Of a stretch of 64,000 nucleotides of DNA, positions 41,445 through 51,663 are shown one piece after another. The stretch lies in assembly GCF_018609725.1 (NCBI RefSeq), contig NZ_JAHENT010000161.1, positions 18,860 through 82,859 on the forward strand. The letters run 5' to 3'. Both the position numbers and the translations under genes were made by a program. Each line of letters opens with the position of its first letter. The first letter of the stretch is position 1. Below the pieces are notes generated by a model. That model was not told the origin of the DNA. It was given only the letters and a program-made list of their open reading frames with translations, and made no database searches. This DNA is from Methanohalobium sp. (GTDB lineage: Archaea > Halobacteriota > Methanosarcinia > Methanosarcinales > Methanosarcinaceae).

Positions 41445-42176
41445 ATGGTCAAAGAAATTAAATTCGGCAGAATCTCCAGAACTGCTAATGTCAGAATGTT
41501 AAATGATATGCATGATGTTCTTTACGATAAAAAACAGATGAGTATTAAAAAAAACCCTGAATTGTATTACATGTATCGCGACCTTTATAAAGATGATTAC
41601 GATTTTGAAACTATTAAAAAACATAACCTAAGATATGACATTACTGTCATCCCTCCAAAAATGGTAGGTAGAGAATATGTAAAAACAGCAGGCCACTGCC
41701 ATCCAAAAGTTCCAGATACAGATGTATCTTATCCTGAAGTATATCAGGTTCTGGAAGGATATGCCACCTACCTTTTACAAAAAATGGAGGGAGGCAAAGT
41801 AGAAGATGTAGTGGTTATCAATGCACAGGCAGGTGATTATGTTGTTATACCTCCTGATTACTGCCATATAACAATCAATACATCAGATGAGACTCTTAAA
41901 ATGGCCAACTGGGTATGCCGTGAATTTTCCTCCCTCTATGACTCCATAAAACAGCGTAGTGGCGGAGCCTATTATCTCATTGATACAGGTTTTATCAAAA
42001 ACCCGGAATATTATGAAGTACCACAGATACGATACCTGTCTCCACTAGAATACCCGAAATTTGGTCTGAATAAAGGTCAGGATATGTATAACCTGATAAC
42101 AGGCATAGGAAAATTAAAATTCCTAACATCACCCCAAGAATATATGGATGACTTTGATTATATAATCGGAAAATGA
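41445..42176 (+). CDS. Cupin-type glucose-6-phosphate isomerase family
   Basis: LRYDITVI, KTAGH.H, YPEVY, V.IPPDY.H.TIN. Confidence 0.88.
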   Translation: MVKEIKFGRISRTANVRMLNDMHDVLYDKKQMSIKKNPELYYMYRDLYKDDYDFETIKKHNLRYDITVIPPKMVGREYVKTAGHCHPKVPDTDVSYPEVYQVLEGYATYLLQKMEGGKVEDVVVINAQAGDYVVIPPDYCHITINTSDETLKMANWVCREFSSLYDSIKQRSGGAYYLIDTGFIKNPEYYEVPQIRYLSPLEYPKFGLNKGQDMYNLITGIGKLKFLTSPQEYMDDFDYIIGK

Positions 42177-42245
42177 TACACAACAGCAGTTCTGGTCAAT
42201 TGACCATAAAAAAATGAGAGTTGTAGGATATAACAGAGGAATAAG

Positions 42246-43019
42246 ATGCAAAAACAGGGAAATAAAAAGGATTACCGAGTACAGTTTACCTTATCCAAAA
42301 TTGTAAACCTGATGTCCAGTACGACCTATGACCCAAAAATAGGCAAAGGTGATGTGATTGCCAATGTTTCAATTATAAACAAGCATGACCTAAACAGAGT
42401 ACTTGAAATATTTAAAACCGCCATGATGAGTGGTTTGACTGTTAGCCCTTTTATAAAAATTCTACATGAGGGAGAAAGCATTGGAGATTTGACTATCGAG
42501 GAAGGTAAAATCGGTCTTGCAACAATGTGCAGTATAACAATTGATGGCATATTGTTAAAAAGAGGCATCCTTGTCAACCCAAAATTTGGGGGGCTGGTTC
42601 AGATTGAAGAAGGGTCACCTGTACGTTTTACCGATGTTTTAACCTATGCAAGTACCTCTATAGACCCACTGGAAGCCCTGATGTCACAGGAGATTACCTC
42701 AGTAACACAGATGATAAGTACAGGGTCTGGCAAGATTCTGGCAAACCTTAGAGAAGTACCTATAGCTGCACGATATGATATAGACCATGTACTTTCTGAT
42801 ATAATGGATGCAGGACTTAGCGGAATACTGGAAGTTGGAGAACCGAATCGAAAGATACTGGATGTTCCAATTGAAAGAGACCATCTTGGTATTGTTGTTA
42901 TAGGCGGTACTAATCCCATGGCTATTGTGAGAGAACACGGCATTCCCATCGAAACAAATGCAATGTCCACTGTTATTGATATTACAGAAATGAGTGATAT
43001 TAAAGATATTAACCTATAA
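42246..43019 (+). CDS. nrpRII: NrpR regulatory-domain protein lacking the HTH (NrpRII, DUF128)
   Basis: CSIT.DG.LL..GI...P.FGG, GGTNP; no N-terminal winged helix. Confidence 0.8.
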   Translation: MQKQGNKKDYRVQFTLSKIVNLMSSTTYDPKIGKGDVIANVSIINKHDLNRVLEIFKTAMMSGLTVSPFIKILHEGESIGDLTIEEGKIGLATMCSITIDGILLKRGILVNPKFGGLVQIEEGSPVRFTDVLTYASTSIDPLEALMSQEITSVTQMISTGSGKILANLREVPIAARYDIDHVLSDIMDAGLSGILEVGEPNRKILDVPIERDHLGIVVIGGTNPMAIVREHGIPIETNAMSTVIDITEMSDIKDINL

Positions 43020-43037
43020 CTTAAATATATTCATCGA

Positions 43038-44219
43038 TTAACCAACAAGTGATGTTATCTGGGATACAGCATCAATAAATGTATCAATTTCTTCCTGTGT
43101 ATTATACAAACCTACTGATGCTCTTACCGCCCCATCAACATTAAGAGCCTGAAGGGTTGGCATAGCACAATGGTGACCGCTTCGTACACATATACCTTTT
43201 GTTTCATCCAGTATCATGGCTACATCATGAGAATTTAGCCCGGCTATGTTAAAAGGAACTACTCCACTGCGATTCTCAGGTCCATATACTTCTACATATG
43301 GCATTTTTGAAAGTTTGGAAGCCATATCCTTAACAAGAGATTTTTCATGTTTTTCAATATTATTTATCCCTAAATCATGGACATATTCAACACCCTTTCC
43401 AAGACCTATAACACCTGGTATATTGGGTGTTCCGGATTCAAATTTTGTGGGACACGGTTCTATGTCAAAACCAGAAGTAGTTACCGAATGCACCATTCCC
43501 CCTCCAAAATAGGATGGGTCTAAATTTTCGGGTTCTTTAACATATAAAATACCTGTGCCCTGCGGACCCAGCAAACCTTTATGACCGGATGCTGCAAAAA
43601 AGTCACAGCCAATAGAACCCACATCAACAGGGAAATGGCCGACAGATTGAGCCCCATCTATCAAAACCATTGCTCCGTTTTTATGCGAAATCCGGGTTAT
43701 CTCATTAATATCCTGCACTGAACCGAAAACATTTGATACATGGGTTACTGCGACAAGTCTTGTTCTGTCAGTTATAGAATCATATATGTCATCAGGGTTG
43801 ACAATACCTGTATCATCAGGAGATACAACAGTAATATCAACCCCACAATCTTTTAGATTCATCCAGGGTAGAAGGTTGGAATGGTGTTCCAGGGATGTGG
43901 TCACAATGTGGTCATCGGAATTCCAGTCCATTCCAAGTGCTACCATATTCATGCTTTCAGTAGCATTTTTTGTCATTATGGTTTTTGAAGAATCAACATT
44001 CAAAAAACCGGCTACTTTTTCACGTGAATCTTCATAATGATTGGTTGATTCCCGAGCTAAGCGGTGTGCTCCTCTACCATAATTTCCAGAGTATTTATAG
44101 AAATAATCGTTTATGGCTGAAACTACCTGTACAGGTGTCTGCGTTGTAGCTGCACTGTCCAGATATATAACATTATCCAGAACAGGAAAATTTTTCCGAA
44201 TTTCAAAAATGTCGTACAT
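43038..44219 (-). CDS. Cysteine desulfurase, SufS-like class V aminotransferase
   Basis: YLDSAATTQ, EHHSN, SGHKGLLGP, RSGHHCA. Confidence 0.93.
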   Translation of the reverse strand: MYDIFEIRKNFPVLDNVIYLDSAATTQTPVQVVSAINDYFYKYSGNYGRGAHRLARESTNHYEDSREKVAGFLNVDSSKTIMTKNATESMNMVALGMDWNSDDHIVTTSLEHHSNLLPWMNLKDCGVDITVVSPDDTGIVNPDDIYDSITDRTRLVAVTHVSNVFGSVQDINEITRISHKNGAMVLIDGAQSVGHFPVDVGSIGCDFFAASGHKGLLGPQGTGILYVKEPENLDPSYFGGGMVHSVTTSGFDIEPCPTKFESGTPNIPGVIGLGKGVEYVHDLGINNIEKHEKSLVKDMASKLSKMPYVEVYGPENRSGVVPFNIAGLNSHDVAMILDETKGICVRSGHHCAMPTLQALNVDGAVRASVGLYNTQEEIDTFIDAVSQITSLVG

Positions 44220-44604
44220 AGCTTTATATTATTCAACAGGATGAAAAATAAAGTTTTTGCAGGTTATTTTGCCTGTAAACCACCAACCATAAAATCATAA
44301 AGTTCTCTATCTTCTTTATCTAGTTTCTTTTTTGTACGCCCACAAACGACCATATGACAGATTTGTTTTGGATTGCGTTTTTTATCTAACTGATTATCAT
44401 TTGTTACCACTAACTTCTTCATTGATAATACCTCCTGTCTTCATGAATTATTCAAATGTACCCCGCTGAAAATCTTCACACAAAAATATTTGCCAAGTAA
44501 TTACAAGCGTTAAACACTATACTACTCAATTATCACATATAAAACTAACGGTTAAAACCAGTCATCGTAAGGTATAAACAAATGCAACATCGTTTTAGTA
44601 AAAC

Positions 44605-45867
44605 ATGTCAATAATAAATGTTAATCAATCTCTTAAATATCATGAAGGATCACAGCGAGTTTATGATGAAGGTACCACTCTTGAAAAAACAAAATCTCAG
44701 CTTAAAAAAATCGGAGTTACGCGTATAGCAGATATAACTCATCTTGACAGAGTGGGTATTCCTGTCTATTCTGCAATCAGACCAAGTGCTGCTAAAGGTG
44801 CTATATCTGTATATTCCGGAAAAGGTGTTACTTCCACACAAGCCAGGATTTCTGCAATGATGGAAGGATTTGAAAGGTGTCTGGCAGAGAAAAAAGAAAT
44901 GAACAATAACATACAGGAAGATATTATTGCCGATGAATTTGTTGATTCCTTTGATAATATAAAAGAAACATACAATATATTAAACCCTTCAAAACTTCTC
45001 ATATCAGAAGATGTAAGAACAGATGACATAATAGAATGGACCAGTGGATGGGACCTGATAAATGATAATGAAATCTATGTTCCATCAAATTCAGTCTACC
45101 ACCCCTACGATGCCACAAACCAGTGTGTTAAACTGTTCAGAAGCAACACAAATGGTCTTGCAGCAGGTAACGTGATAGAAGAAGCAGTGCTTCACGGATT
45201 ACTGGAAGTTACTGAAAGAGATGCCTTAAGTATTGCAGAAATGAACAGAAACCCCGGTAAAAGGTTAATGCTTGATAAAGATGACGGCATATGTTATGAA
45301 CTAATGCAAAAGTTCAATGATGCAGGTATTAATATCAGACTCTGGGTTCCCTTTCATGATACTGAAATTACAACCGTGGTTGCGTCGCTTGATGATGCTC
45401 AATTAAAAGACCCCGCAATGCTTGTGATGGGAGCTGGATCTCACCTAAATCCGGAAATTGCCACCATGAGAGCCCTTACCGAAGTCGCACAATCAAGGGT
45501 TGTACAGATTCATGGTGCAAGAGAGGATACTGAAAGGGACAAATTCGTCCGTAATATCGGATATGAACGCATGAAAAGAATGAATGGCTTCTGGTATAAA
45601 GATGAAGATGTAGAAACCGTCACATTAAAAGATTTAAACGATTTGTCCGGAAATTCGCCAGCAGAAAATATCAATACAGTAATTGACCAGCTCAAAAATT
45701 TAGTTGATAACGTGGTTGTGGTCAATCTATCAAGGGAAAGCATAAGTATTCCAGTAGTAAGAGTTATTATTCCAACCTTTGAAATGTATACACTTGACAG
45801 AGAAAGAGTTGGCAAAAGGAAAAACATCGCACTGAAAAAAAGCAAAAGAAAAGGCAAAAAAACATGA
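44605..45867 (+). CDS. ycaO: YcaO, McrA glycine thioamidation enzyme (methanogenesis marker 1)
   Basis: SGKG, MEGFER, SNTNGLAAGN..EEA..HGLLEV.ERD, RALTEVAQSR; overlaps tfuA. Confidence 0.93.
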   Translation: MSIINVNQSLKYHEGSQRVYDEGTTLEKTKSQLKKIGVTRIADITHLDRVGIPVYSAIRPSAAKGAISVYSGKGVTSTQARISAMMEGFERCLAEKKEMNNNIQEDIIADEFVDSFDNIKETYNILNPSKLLISEDVRTDDIIEWTSGWDLINDNEIYVPSNSVYHPYDATNQCVKLFRSNTNGLAAGNVIEEAVLHGLLEVTERDALSIAEMNRNPGKRLMLDKDDGICYELMQKFNDAGINIRLWVPFHDTEITTVVASLDDAQLKDPAMLVMGAGSHLNPEIATMRALTEVAQSRVVQIHGAREDTERDKFVRNIGYERMKRMNGFWYKDEDVETVTLKDLNDLSGNSPAENINTVIDQLKNLVDNVVVVNLSRESISIPVVRVIIPTFEMYTLDRERVGKRKNIALKKSKRKGKKT

Positions 45868-46556
45868 AACCACAAACGAATTTGAATATAAAAAAACCAA
45901 AAAATCCCAGAATTGCTGTTTTTGCAGGCACAAGCATAACCCATGAGGATGCTAATGAAATACTCAATGCTAACTATAAACCGCCTGTTTACAGGTGTAA
46001 CATCGATAAGGCGATGAAAGAAGGATACAACATTATAGGAATTATCGATGGAGTATTCTTTGATAAGGCGGCTGTTTCCCATAAAGAGATAATAAAAGCA
46101 CTCAAAAACAATGTCATCATTGTGGGTGGATGTAGTATGGGTGCTTTACGTGCATCAGAACTTGATGATTATGGGATGATAGGCGCAGGAAAAATATATG
46201 AACAGTACAGGGATGGTATTATAGAGGCTGACGATGAGGTGGCTGTTGCTACAAACCCTGATACCTTTGAACCTGTATCCAAACCTCTGATAAATATCAG
46301 GCAAACTCTGAAAGCGGCATATAAAGATGATATTATTGATGATAAAACCTACAACAACTTGATAGAAATTGCAAAACAGACCTATTATCCATACAGAAGC
46401 TACACTGGTATTGTTAAACAGGCTGTAAAAAATAATATCCTTACAGAGGAGGATAGCAACAATATTTTGCGGTATTGCAGAGAAAATGAGATAGACATTA
46501 AACGTAAAGATGCAGTTGCAGTTCTTAAAACCATAAAAGAAATTGTTGATAGCTAA
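45864..46556 (+). CDS. tfuA: TfuA, thioamidation partner
   Basis: IGIIDGVF, SHKEI, SMGALRASEL, ADDEVA. Confidence 0.93.
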   Translation: MKPQTNLNIKKPKNPRIAVFAGTSITHEDANEILNANYKPPVYRCNIDKAMKEGYNIIGIIDGVFFDKAAVSHKEIIKALKNNVIIVGGCSMGALRASELDDYGMIGAGKIYEQYRDGIIEADDEVAVATNPDTFEPVSKPLINIRQTLKAAYKDDIIDDKTYNNLIEIAKQTYYPYRSYTGIVKQAVKNNILTEEDSNNILRYCRENEIDIKRKDAVAVLKTIKEIVDS

Positions 46557-46578
46557 AAAAGAAAAAATGGTTTGCTGT

Positions 46579-47778
46579 TTACTTAGAGTATTTTCTTCTT
46601 ACAAGGTAAAACACTAAAAGCAAACCAGCAATTGAATAAATCGCCTCGAAACCTGGCTCTTCTTCTGGTGGTTGAGCATTTATAACTTCATCAAACCTTT
46701 CTTCTGAATTATTCAGATAACTAAGAGCCATTTCCATGTTATGGACACCAAGACTTCCATCTTCCTCAACCGCAGTCATGTAATACAGCGCATTATTAAA
46801 TACAGCCTGTTGTTCCTGGTATATTTGTGTTCCATTCAATTCTTCCAGTGCTTCTTCAGCATTATCCCGTTTTGTTTCAAGGTCTTGCAGTCTGCTGGAT
46901 ATCCTTGACTGCTGGTTTTCTATAGCACCTGAAAGTTCAGCCCCGTGACATCTGGAACAATTATTTGTGGACTCTGAATCCACAACCAATGAAACATTCA
47001 TATCGAATCTATGTCCGGTCACTGCCGATTCATTTGTAGTTTCATTGAATGGTTTGGCACCCATATGACAGTCCACACACCCTATTTCTACAGGGTGCCC
47101 ACCGTTTACATAACTGGAATTGTTGTACATATCCCACTGAGTGTATCTGGCTATTGTTGTCTCCCCATCTGGTTCTGCACCACGGGAATTATGGCAATTA
47201 GAACATAGTTTTACTTCATCTTCTATATGAAATCCGGTTGAATGCGGCTCATGACAGGCTACGCATGTAAGTCTCCATTCTTCCACATCTGAAGAATTTG
47301 GCAGTTTTTCCTCATTAAAATCATGAACATCTGTACCTTCAAGGTTCACAACTGCTCCTTCAGTACTTTTACAAGCCACACAATCATCAGAATCTTGGAC
47401 AAATGGTTCGGTAACATCTGACGGTTCAGAATGGCTTGTCATGTTTTCTGTATCAAAATCATCCTTAGAATACTCGTCCCACTCATCAAATATTGGTTTA
47501 TGTGGTTCATTATGGCATTTTCCACATAACTCAGCCGAATAATTCATACCAGGGTCTATTTCAGTGGGATTATCAATATGTGCTTCATAACCTTCTTCCG
47601 GTGGGCTATGACAGACATCACAGGCTACATCTGATTCATTTAAAACGGAATGATTTGACATGTTCCATGTTTCATAAACATCTGGATGACACTGGCTACA
47701 GTCCTTTGGATTCAATGCCATGGATGTTGTTGTCATCAATATTAATATAGTCACCACAATAAAAAGATATTTTTTCAT
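46579..47778 (-). CDS. Octaheme cytochrome c (7 CxxCH + 1 CxxCK) with PGF-CTERM anchor
   Basis: CSQCH, CDVCH, CGKCH, CVACK, CVACH, CSNCH, CVDCH, CSRCH; DGSLGVHN; EEEPGF-TM-RRK tail; signal peptide. Confidence 0.9.
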   Translation of the reverse strand: MKKYLFIVVTILILMTTTSMALNPKDCSQCHPDVYETWNMSNHSVLNESDVACDVCHSPPEEGYEAHIDNPTEIDPGMNYSAELCGKCHNEPHKPIFDEWDEYSKDDFDTENMTSHSEPSDVTEPFVQDSDDCVACKSTEGAVVNLEGTDVHDFNEEKLPNSSDVEEWRLTCVACHEPHSTGFHIEDEVKLCSNCHNSRGAEPDGETTIARYTQWDMYNNSSYVNGGHPVEIGCVDCHMGAKPFNETTNESAVTGHRFDMNVSLVVDSESTNNCSRCHGAELSGAIENQQSRISSRLQDLETKRDNAEEALEELNGTQIYQEQQAVFNNALYYMTAVEEDGSLGVHNMEMALSYLNNSEERFDEVINAQPPEEEPGFEAIYSIAGLLLVFYLVRRKYSK

Positions 47779-47941
47779 ACATCCTCCCCCTCTGTATTGT
47801 GCTTTATGGATAAGTTTATCAAAACTGATATAAAAATTTACTCTGATTGATTAACGGTTATATTATATTAAAGATGAGAAAAAATATATAACATGAAGTT
47901 GTGTATAATGAACACAAAACCATAAACGGAGATTGTTAAAT

Positions 47942-48628
47942 ATGGATATTGATAACATAAGAAAAATTGGTACTGAACTTAAAGAGACATACAAACTCAA
48001 AACATCACCTGTTGCAGTAAAACTTGTTTCCAGCACACAGGAAATTCCAGAAGGTATTGAAAGAATACAGGAACCTACCAGGCACTGCCAGATGATAGAT
48101 AATGTCAGGCAAACAGGCACAAGTTTTTATACACTTGTAGAAGACCAGAAATGCAAAGGCGGTGCTTCGGTCATGGGCCTTCGGGAGATGGATGAAAAAC
48201 TTGCAAAAGGAGAAGTCTATTATAAACTCGGTGCTTTTGAAACTTCCAATGCAGCACGACGTACAATGCAAAAAGTGCCTAGAGTTCCTGCTAATTCTGT
48301 AAAAGCTGTAATCTACGAACCCCTTGAAAAAGCGGAATTCATACCTGATGTTGTAGTTTTAATCGGGACTCCAAAACAAATGATGCAAATATCCCAATCC
48401 CTTTTGTACAAACAGGGAGGCAGGATCAATGCAGATTTTGCAGGTAAACAGAGCCTCTGTGCAGATGGTGTAGCAGAGCCATATATGAGTGGTCAGGCAT
48501 GTGTTACTGTTGGATGTGGAGGAAGTAGAAAACATACACAAATAAATGAAGATGAAATGGCAATGGGTATCCCACTGGAACAATTTGAAGATTTAGCCGA
48601 TTCTGCAGAAAAAATGTTTGGAAAATAA
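47942..48628 (+). CDS. DUF169 family protein
   Basis: PVAVK, RHCQM, CKGG...GL, QSLCAD, GCGGSR. Confidence 0.85.
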   Translation: MDIDNIRKIGTELKETYKLKTSPVAVKLVSSTQEIPEGIERIQEPTRHCQMIDNVRQTGTSFYTLVEDQKCKGGASVMGLREMDEKLAKGEVYYKLGAFETSNAARRTMQKVPRVPANSVKAVIYEPLEKAEFIPDVVVLIGTPKQMMQISQSLLYKQGGRINADFAGKQSLCADGVAEPYMSGQACVTVGCGGSRKHTQINEDEMAMGIPLEQFEDLADSAEKMFGK

Positions 48629-48673
48629 ACGTTAAGTGGTTTTATAAACCACCAAATTTTTGCTTATTGCTAT

Positions 48674-48958
48674 TTATTCAAAGGCACTGGTAAACTCGTG
48701 CATGGGTATTGCGGTATAGGTTTTGGTCTTTATACTACCCCTTGATGCGAGTTCAACAGCAGCTTTTGATACTGAGCTTTCGTCTTCTGCTTCTACAATA
48801 TTCAAAAAATCAAAATCCCCCAGTACAAAGAACTGTTCAAGCACTTTTACACCCATTTGTTCAAGTTCATCATTTACTTCTTTTACCCTTTTAGGGTTAT
48901 TTTTTAAAGTTTTTGCACCTTCATCTGTTAATTGAGATATCATCACATATTTAGGCAT
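48674..48958 (-). CDS. GYD domain protein
   Basis: GVKVLEQFFVLGDFDFLNIVEA..GSIKTKT. Confidence 0.8.
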   Translation of the reverse strand: MPKYVMISQLTDEGAKTLKNNPKRVKEVNDELEQMGVKVLEQFFVLGDFDFLNIVEAEDESSVSKAAVELASRGSIKTKTYTAIPMHEFTSAFE

Positions 48959-49158
48959 AACAAACCTCCTAAATCCCCAGAATAAATAATCTGTATTTTA
49001 ACATAAATAACTTATTCTGTGTCCCGTTAATTTTACACCGTTAATATTTTGTTCATTTTCACCCAAAATATATTAAGAAACATAGAAAGGGCACAATATA
49101 ACACCATTAACCACAGCCACGAAAAAGTTAAATAACGAATAGAACATATGTTATATAA

Positions 49159-49240
49159 CTGCGGGACATCTATACCCCCACTCACCAACCCTCTCTACGT
49201 CGTTCTCAGGGATTGAGCTATTTTTTGTCCCGCAGCCTTG
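49159..49240 (-). ncRNA. Candidate structured small RNA
   Basis: Perfect 10-bp closing stem CTGCGGGACA/TGTCCCGCAG; TTTAAATA box at 49271-49264 about 29 nt upstream. Confidence 0.35.
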
Positions 49241-49375
49241 AATGTGTATATTGAGTATACACGTATTTAAAATTACTGATAATATATTATTATAGAACAA
49301 ATGAATTAACAACATCCAGATGTAGTAATATTTCCTGATTTCTAATATTATAATATTTTTTTAATGATCACCTGA

Positions 49376-50029
49376 TTATTTCAACACTTCACCTGTTTGT
49401 GTATACCAAAGATAAAGGTCAAGTTCTGCGGGTGTTAAATCCGCCTCTTCTGCAATTGAATTAAACACCTGTTCAATGTTGTAATACTTTTTCCTTGTAA
49501 GCGTTTTTGGAACTTCTATCAGACCACTATTGCTCAAAATACGCAGTATATGCTTATCAAGAATAGCCAGATGTTTGTAACCAACATTTCTAAGAAAGTG
49601 GCTGGATTCCTTGTATCCGATTCCCTTGATATTTTTGACAATCCATTCACGTGCAGTAAATTCATTTTCCATAGAAGTGATTCTATCCCTGATATCTGCT
49701 GCATTATTTCTGGCAAGTATTATGAATTCAGCTCTTTTTTCATAAAAACGGTGACCCATTTGCTTCAATACTGTGGATAGTTCTTTTTGATCATAAGTCA
49801 GGAAACCATCATTTTTTTTCATATAATTCTGGATATCAATTCCCAGCCTTGCACTTGAATTGGCTGTTAGAAGACAGAAACAGAGTTCATTGAACCACTC
49901 TTTATTGCCTTTTTTATAAAGGGATTCAAATTCAAGGATTCGTTTGTCCACTGTTTCTGATATATCGTCTGCTTTCAAATCTTCAACAATTCTTATTAGG
50001 TCTTTTCTGGATTCAATATTCAATTTCAA
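49376..50029 (-). CDS. ogg: 8-oxoguanine DNA glycosylase/AP lyase
   Basis: ELCFCLLTAN, KGIGYKESSHFLRNVG, ILDKHI, LDLYLWY. Confidence 0.92.
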   Translation of the reverse strand: MKLNIESRKDLIRIVEDLKADDISETVDKRILEFESLYKKGNKEWFNELCFCLLTANSSARLGIDIQNYMKKNDGFLTYDQKELSTVLKQMGHRFYEKRAEFIILARNNAADIRDRITSMENEFTAREWIVKNIKGIGYKESSHFLRNVGYKHLAILDKHILRILSNSGLIEVPKTLTRKKYYNIEQVFNSIAEEADLTPAELDLYLWYTQTGEVLK

Positions 50030-50050
50030 ATTTACACCTGTAGTTATACT

Positions 50051-50872
50051 TTAACTCAAAAGATTGCTTATTTTTCCTTTCACAAGAGAATATGCAAAAT
50101 AAAACACGGACATAACCAGAATAATGGTCGCACCGGATGGTATATCATATAAATAAGATATTCCAAGTCCTCCTGTACTAAATATAGCTCCAAATAATAC
50201 TGACAAAATCATCATCCTCTTAAAATCGGAAGTCATCTGACGGCTCAATGCTGCAGGTATTGTTAAAAGTGCTATTATAAGAATGATACCCACAACTCTT
50301 ACCAGAACCATCACTGTAAGTGCTATCATACACAAAAGCAGATAATAAAGCTTCTCTGCCGGGACTCCCATCACAGTTGTCATTTCCTCATCAAAACTAA
50401 TTGCCAGGAACTCCTTATAGAATATATAGACAACTGAAACAATGACCACATCCAGTATCAACATCAATATTACATCAAAAACAGGTACTGTAAGTATGTT
50501 ACCAAAAAGATAGGTCATGAGGTTGGGCGCATAACCGGGTGTCAGATTCAAAAAAACAATACCTATTGCCATCCCACTTGCCCAGAGTATGCCGATTGCT
50601 GAATCCTCTGGCAAACTGGAACGTTTTGTAATCCATCCTATACCAAGTGCAGATGCAATTCCAAAAGGTAAAATTCCAAGAACAGGATTAAATCCGAGAT
50701 AATATCCCATACCTATACCCCCAAAAGATGCATGAGCTATCCCTCCCCCTATAAACACTATACGTTTTACAACAACATAAGCTCCGATGATTCCACAGGC
50801 TATACTGGCAAGTATTGCCGCAAACAGAGCATTTCTCATGAATTCATACTGGAGGAGTATATCTACCACCAT
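50051..50872 (-). CDS. Zn/Mn ABC transporter permease (ZnuB-like)
   Basis: HASFGG, YLFGNIL, SFDEE, VGIILI.ALL.IP. Confidence 0.92.
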   Translation of the reverse strand: MVVDILLQYEFMRNALFAAILASIACGIIGAYVVVKRIVFIGGGIAHASFGGIGMGYYLGFNPVLGILPFGIASALGIGWITKRSSLPEDSAIGILWASGMAIGIVFLNLTPGYAPNLMTYLFGNILTVPVFDVILMLILDVVIVSVVYIFYKEFLAISFDEEMTTVMGVPAEKLYYLLLCMIALTVMVLVRVVGIILIIALLTIPAALSRQMTSDFKRMMILSVLFGAIFSTGGLGISYLYDIPSGATIILVMSVFYFAYSLVKGKISNLLS

Positions 50873-50884
50873 TTTAAATCTCCA

Positions 50885-51646
50885 TCAATGATCTTTGAGC
50901 ACCCTGTGTGGAACACCGTGAGCTATCATTTCTACTGGACAGTGATAGGCAGCTTCCAGGTCTTCATGGGATATTTCTTTCGAGCCGTGATAGAACAATT
51001 TACGATTAAGACATGCTACCTTATCTACATGTAATGATACAGCAGTTAAATCGTGGGTCACCATGATTATTGCCATATCTTTTTTCAGTTTTGATAATAA
51101 TTCATATAACTCACTCTGCATATGTGTATCAAGACCTGCACTTGGTTCATCAAGCAGCAATACTTCTGGTTCCGCTCCCAGTGCCCTTGCTATAAACACC
51201 CGCTGTCTCTGTCCACCTGATAGTTTACCTATCTGATGGTTGGCATAATCTTCCATATTTACTGTTTTCAATGCTTTATTAGCCTTGAACTTGTCTTCAC
51301 TGCTATAACGTTTCAAAATACCTGCATGTCCCATGCGACCCATGAGAACAACATCCCATACACTTATAGGGAAATCATAATCAAAAGAACTATGTTGCGG
51401 AACATAACCCACATATTTACGATTTTTTGCAGGACTTTCACCAAACAGTTTCACCTTTCCATTACTCGGTTTTATTAACCCAAGTATTACTTTTAATAAA
51501 GTAGTCTTACCTCCTCCGTTTGGTCCAATTATAGCCAGTAGGTCTCTGGGTTGTTCTACTGTCAGGTTAATATCTTCAAGCACAGGTATATTACCATAGT
51601 GCACCCAGACATTGCTGAGTTCAACTGCATTATCATATGTTACCAT
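50885..51646 (-). CDS. Zn/Mn ABC transporter ATPase (ZnuC-like)
   Basis: GPNGGGKTT, LSGGQRQR, LLDEP, VTHDL. Confidence 0.93.
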   Translation of the reverse strand: MVTYDNAVELSNVWVHYGNIPVLEDINLTVEQPRDLLAIIGPNGGGKTTLLKVILGLIKPSNGKVKLFGESPAKNRKYVGYVPQHSSFDYDFPISVWDVVLMGRMGHAGILKRYSSEDKFKANKALKTVNMEDYANHQIGKLSGGQRQRVFIARALGAEPEVLLLDEPSAGLDTHMQSELYELLSKLKKDMAIIMVTHDLTAVSLHVDKVACLNRKLFYHGSKEISHEDLEAAYHCPVEMIAHGVPHRVLKDH

Positions 51647-51663
51647 TTAATCCCTCTTCATGG

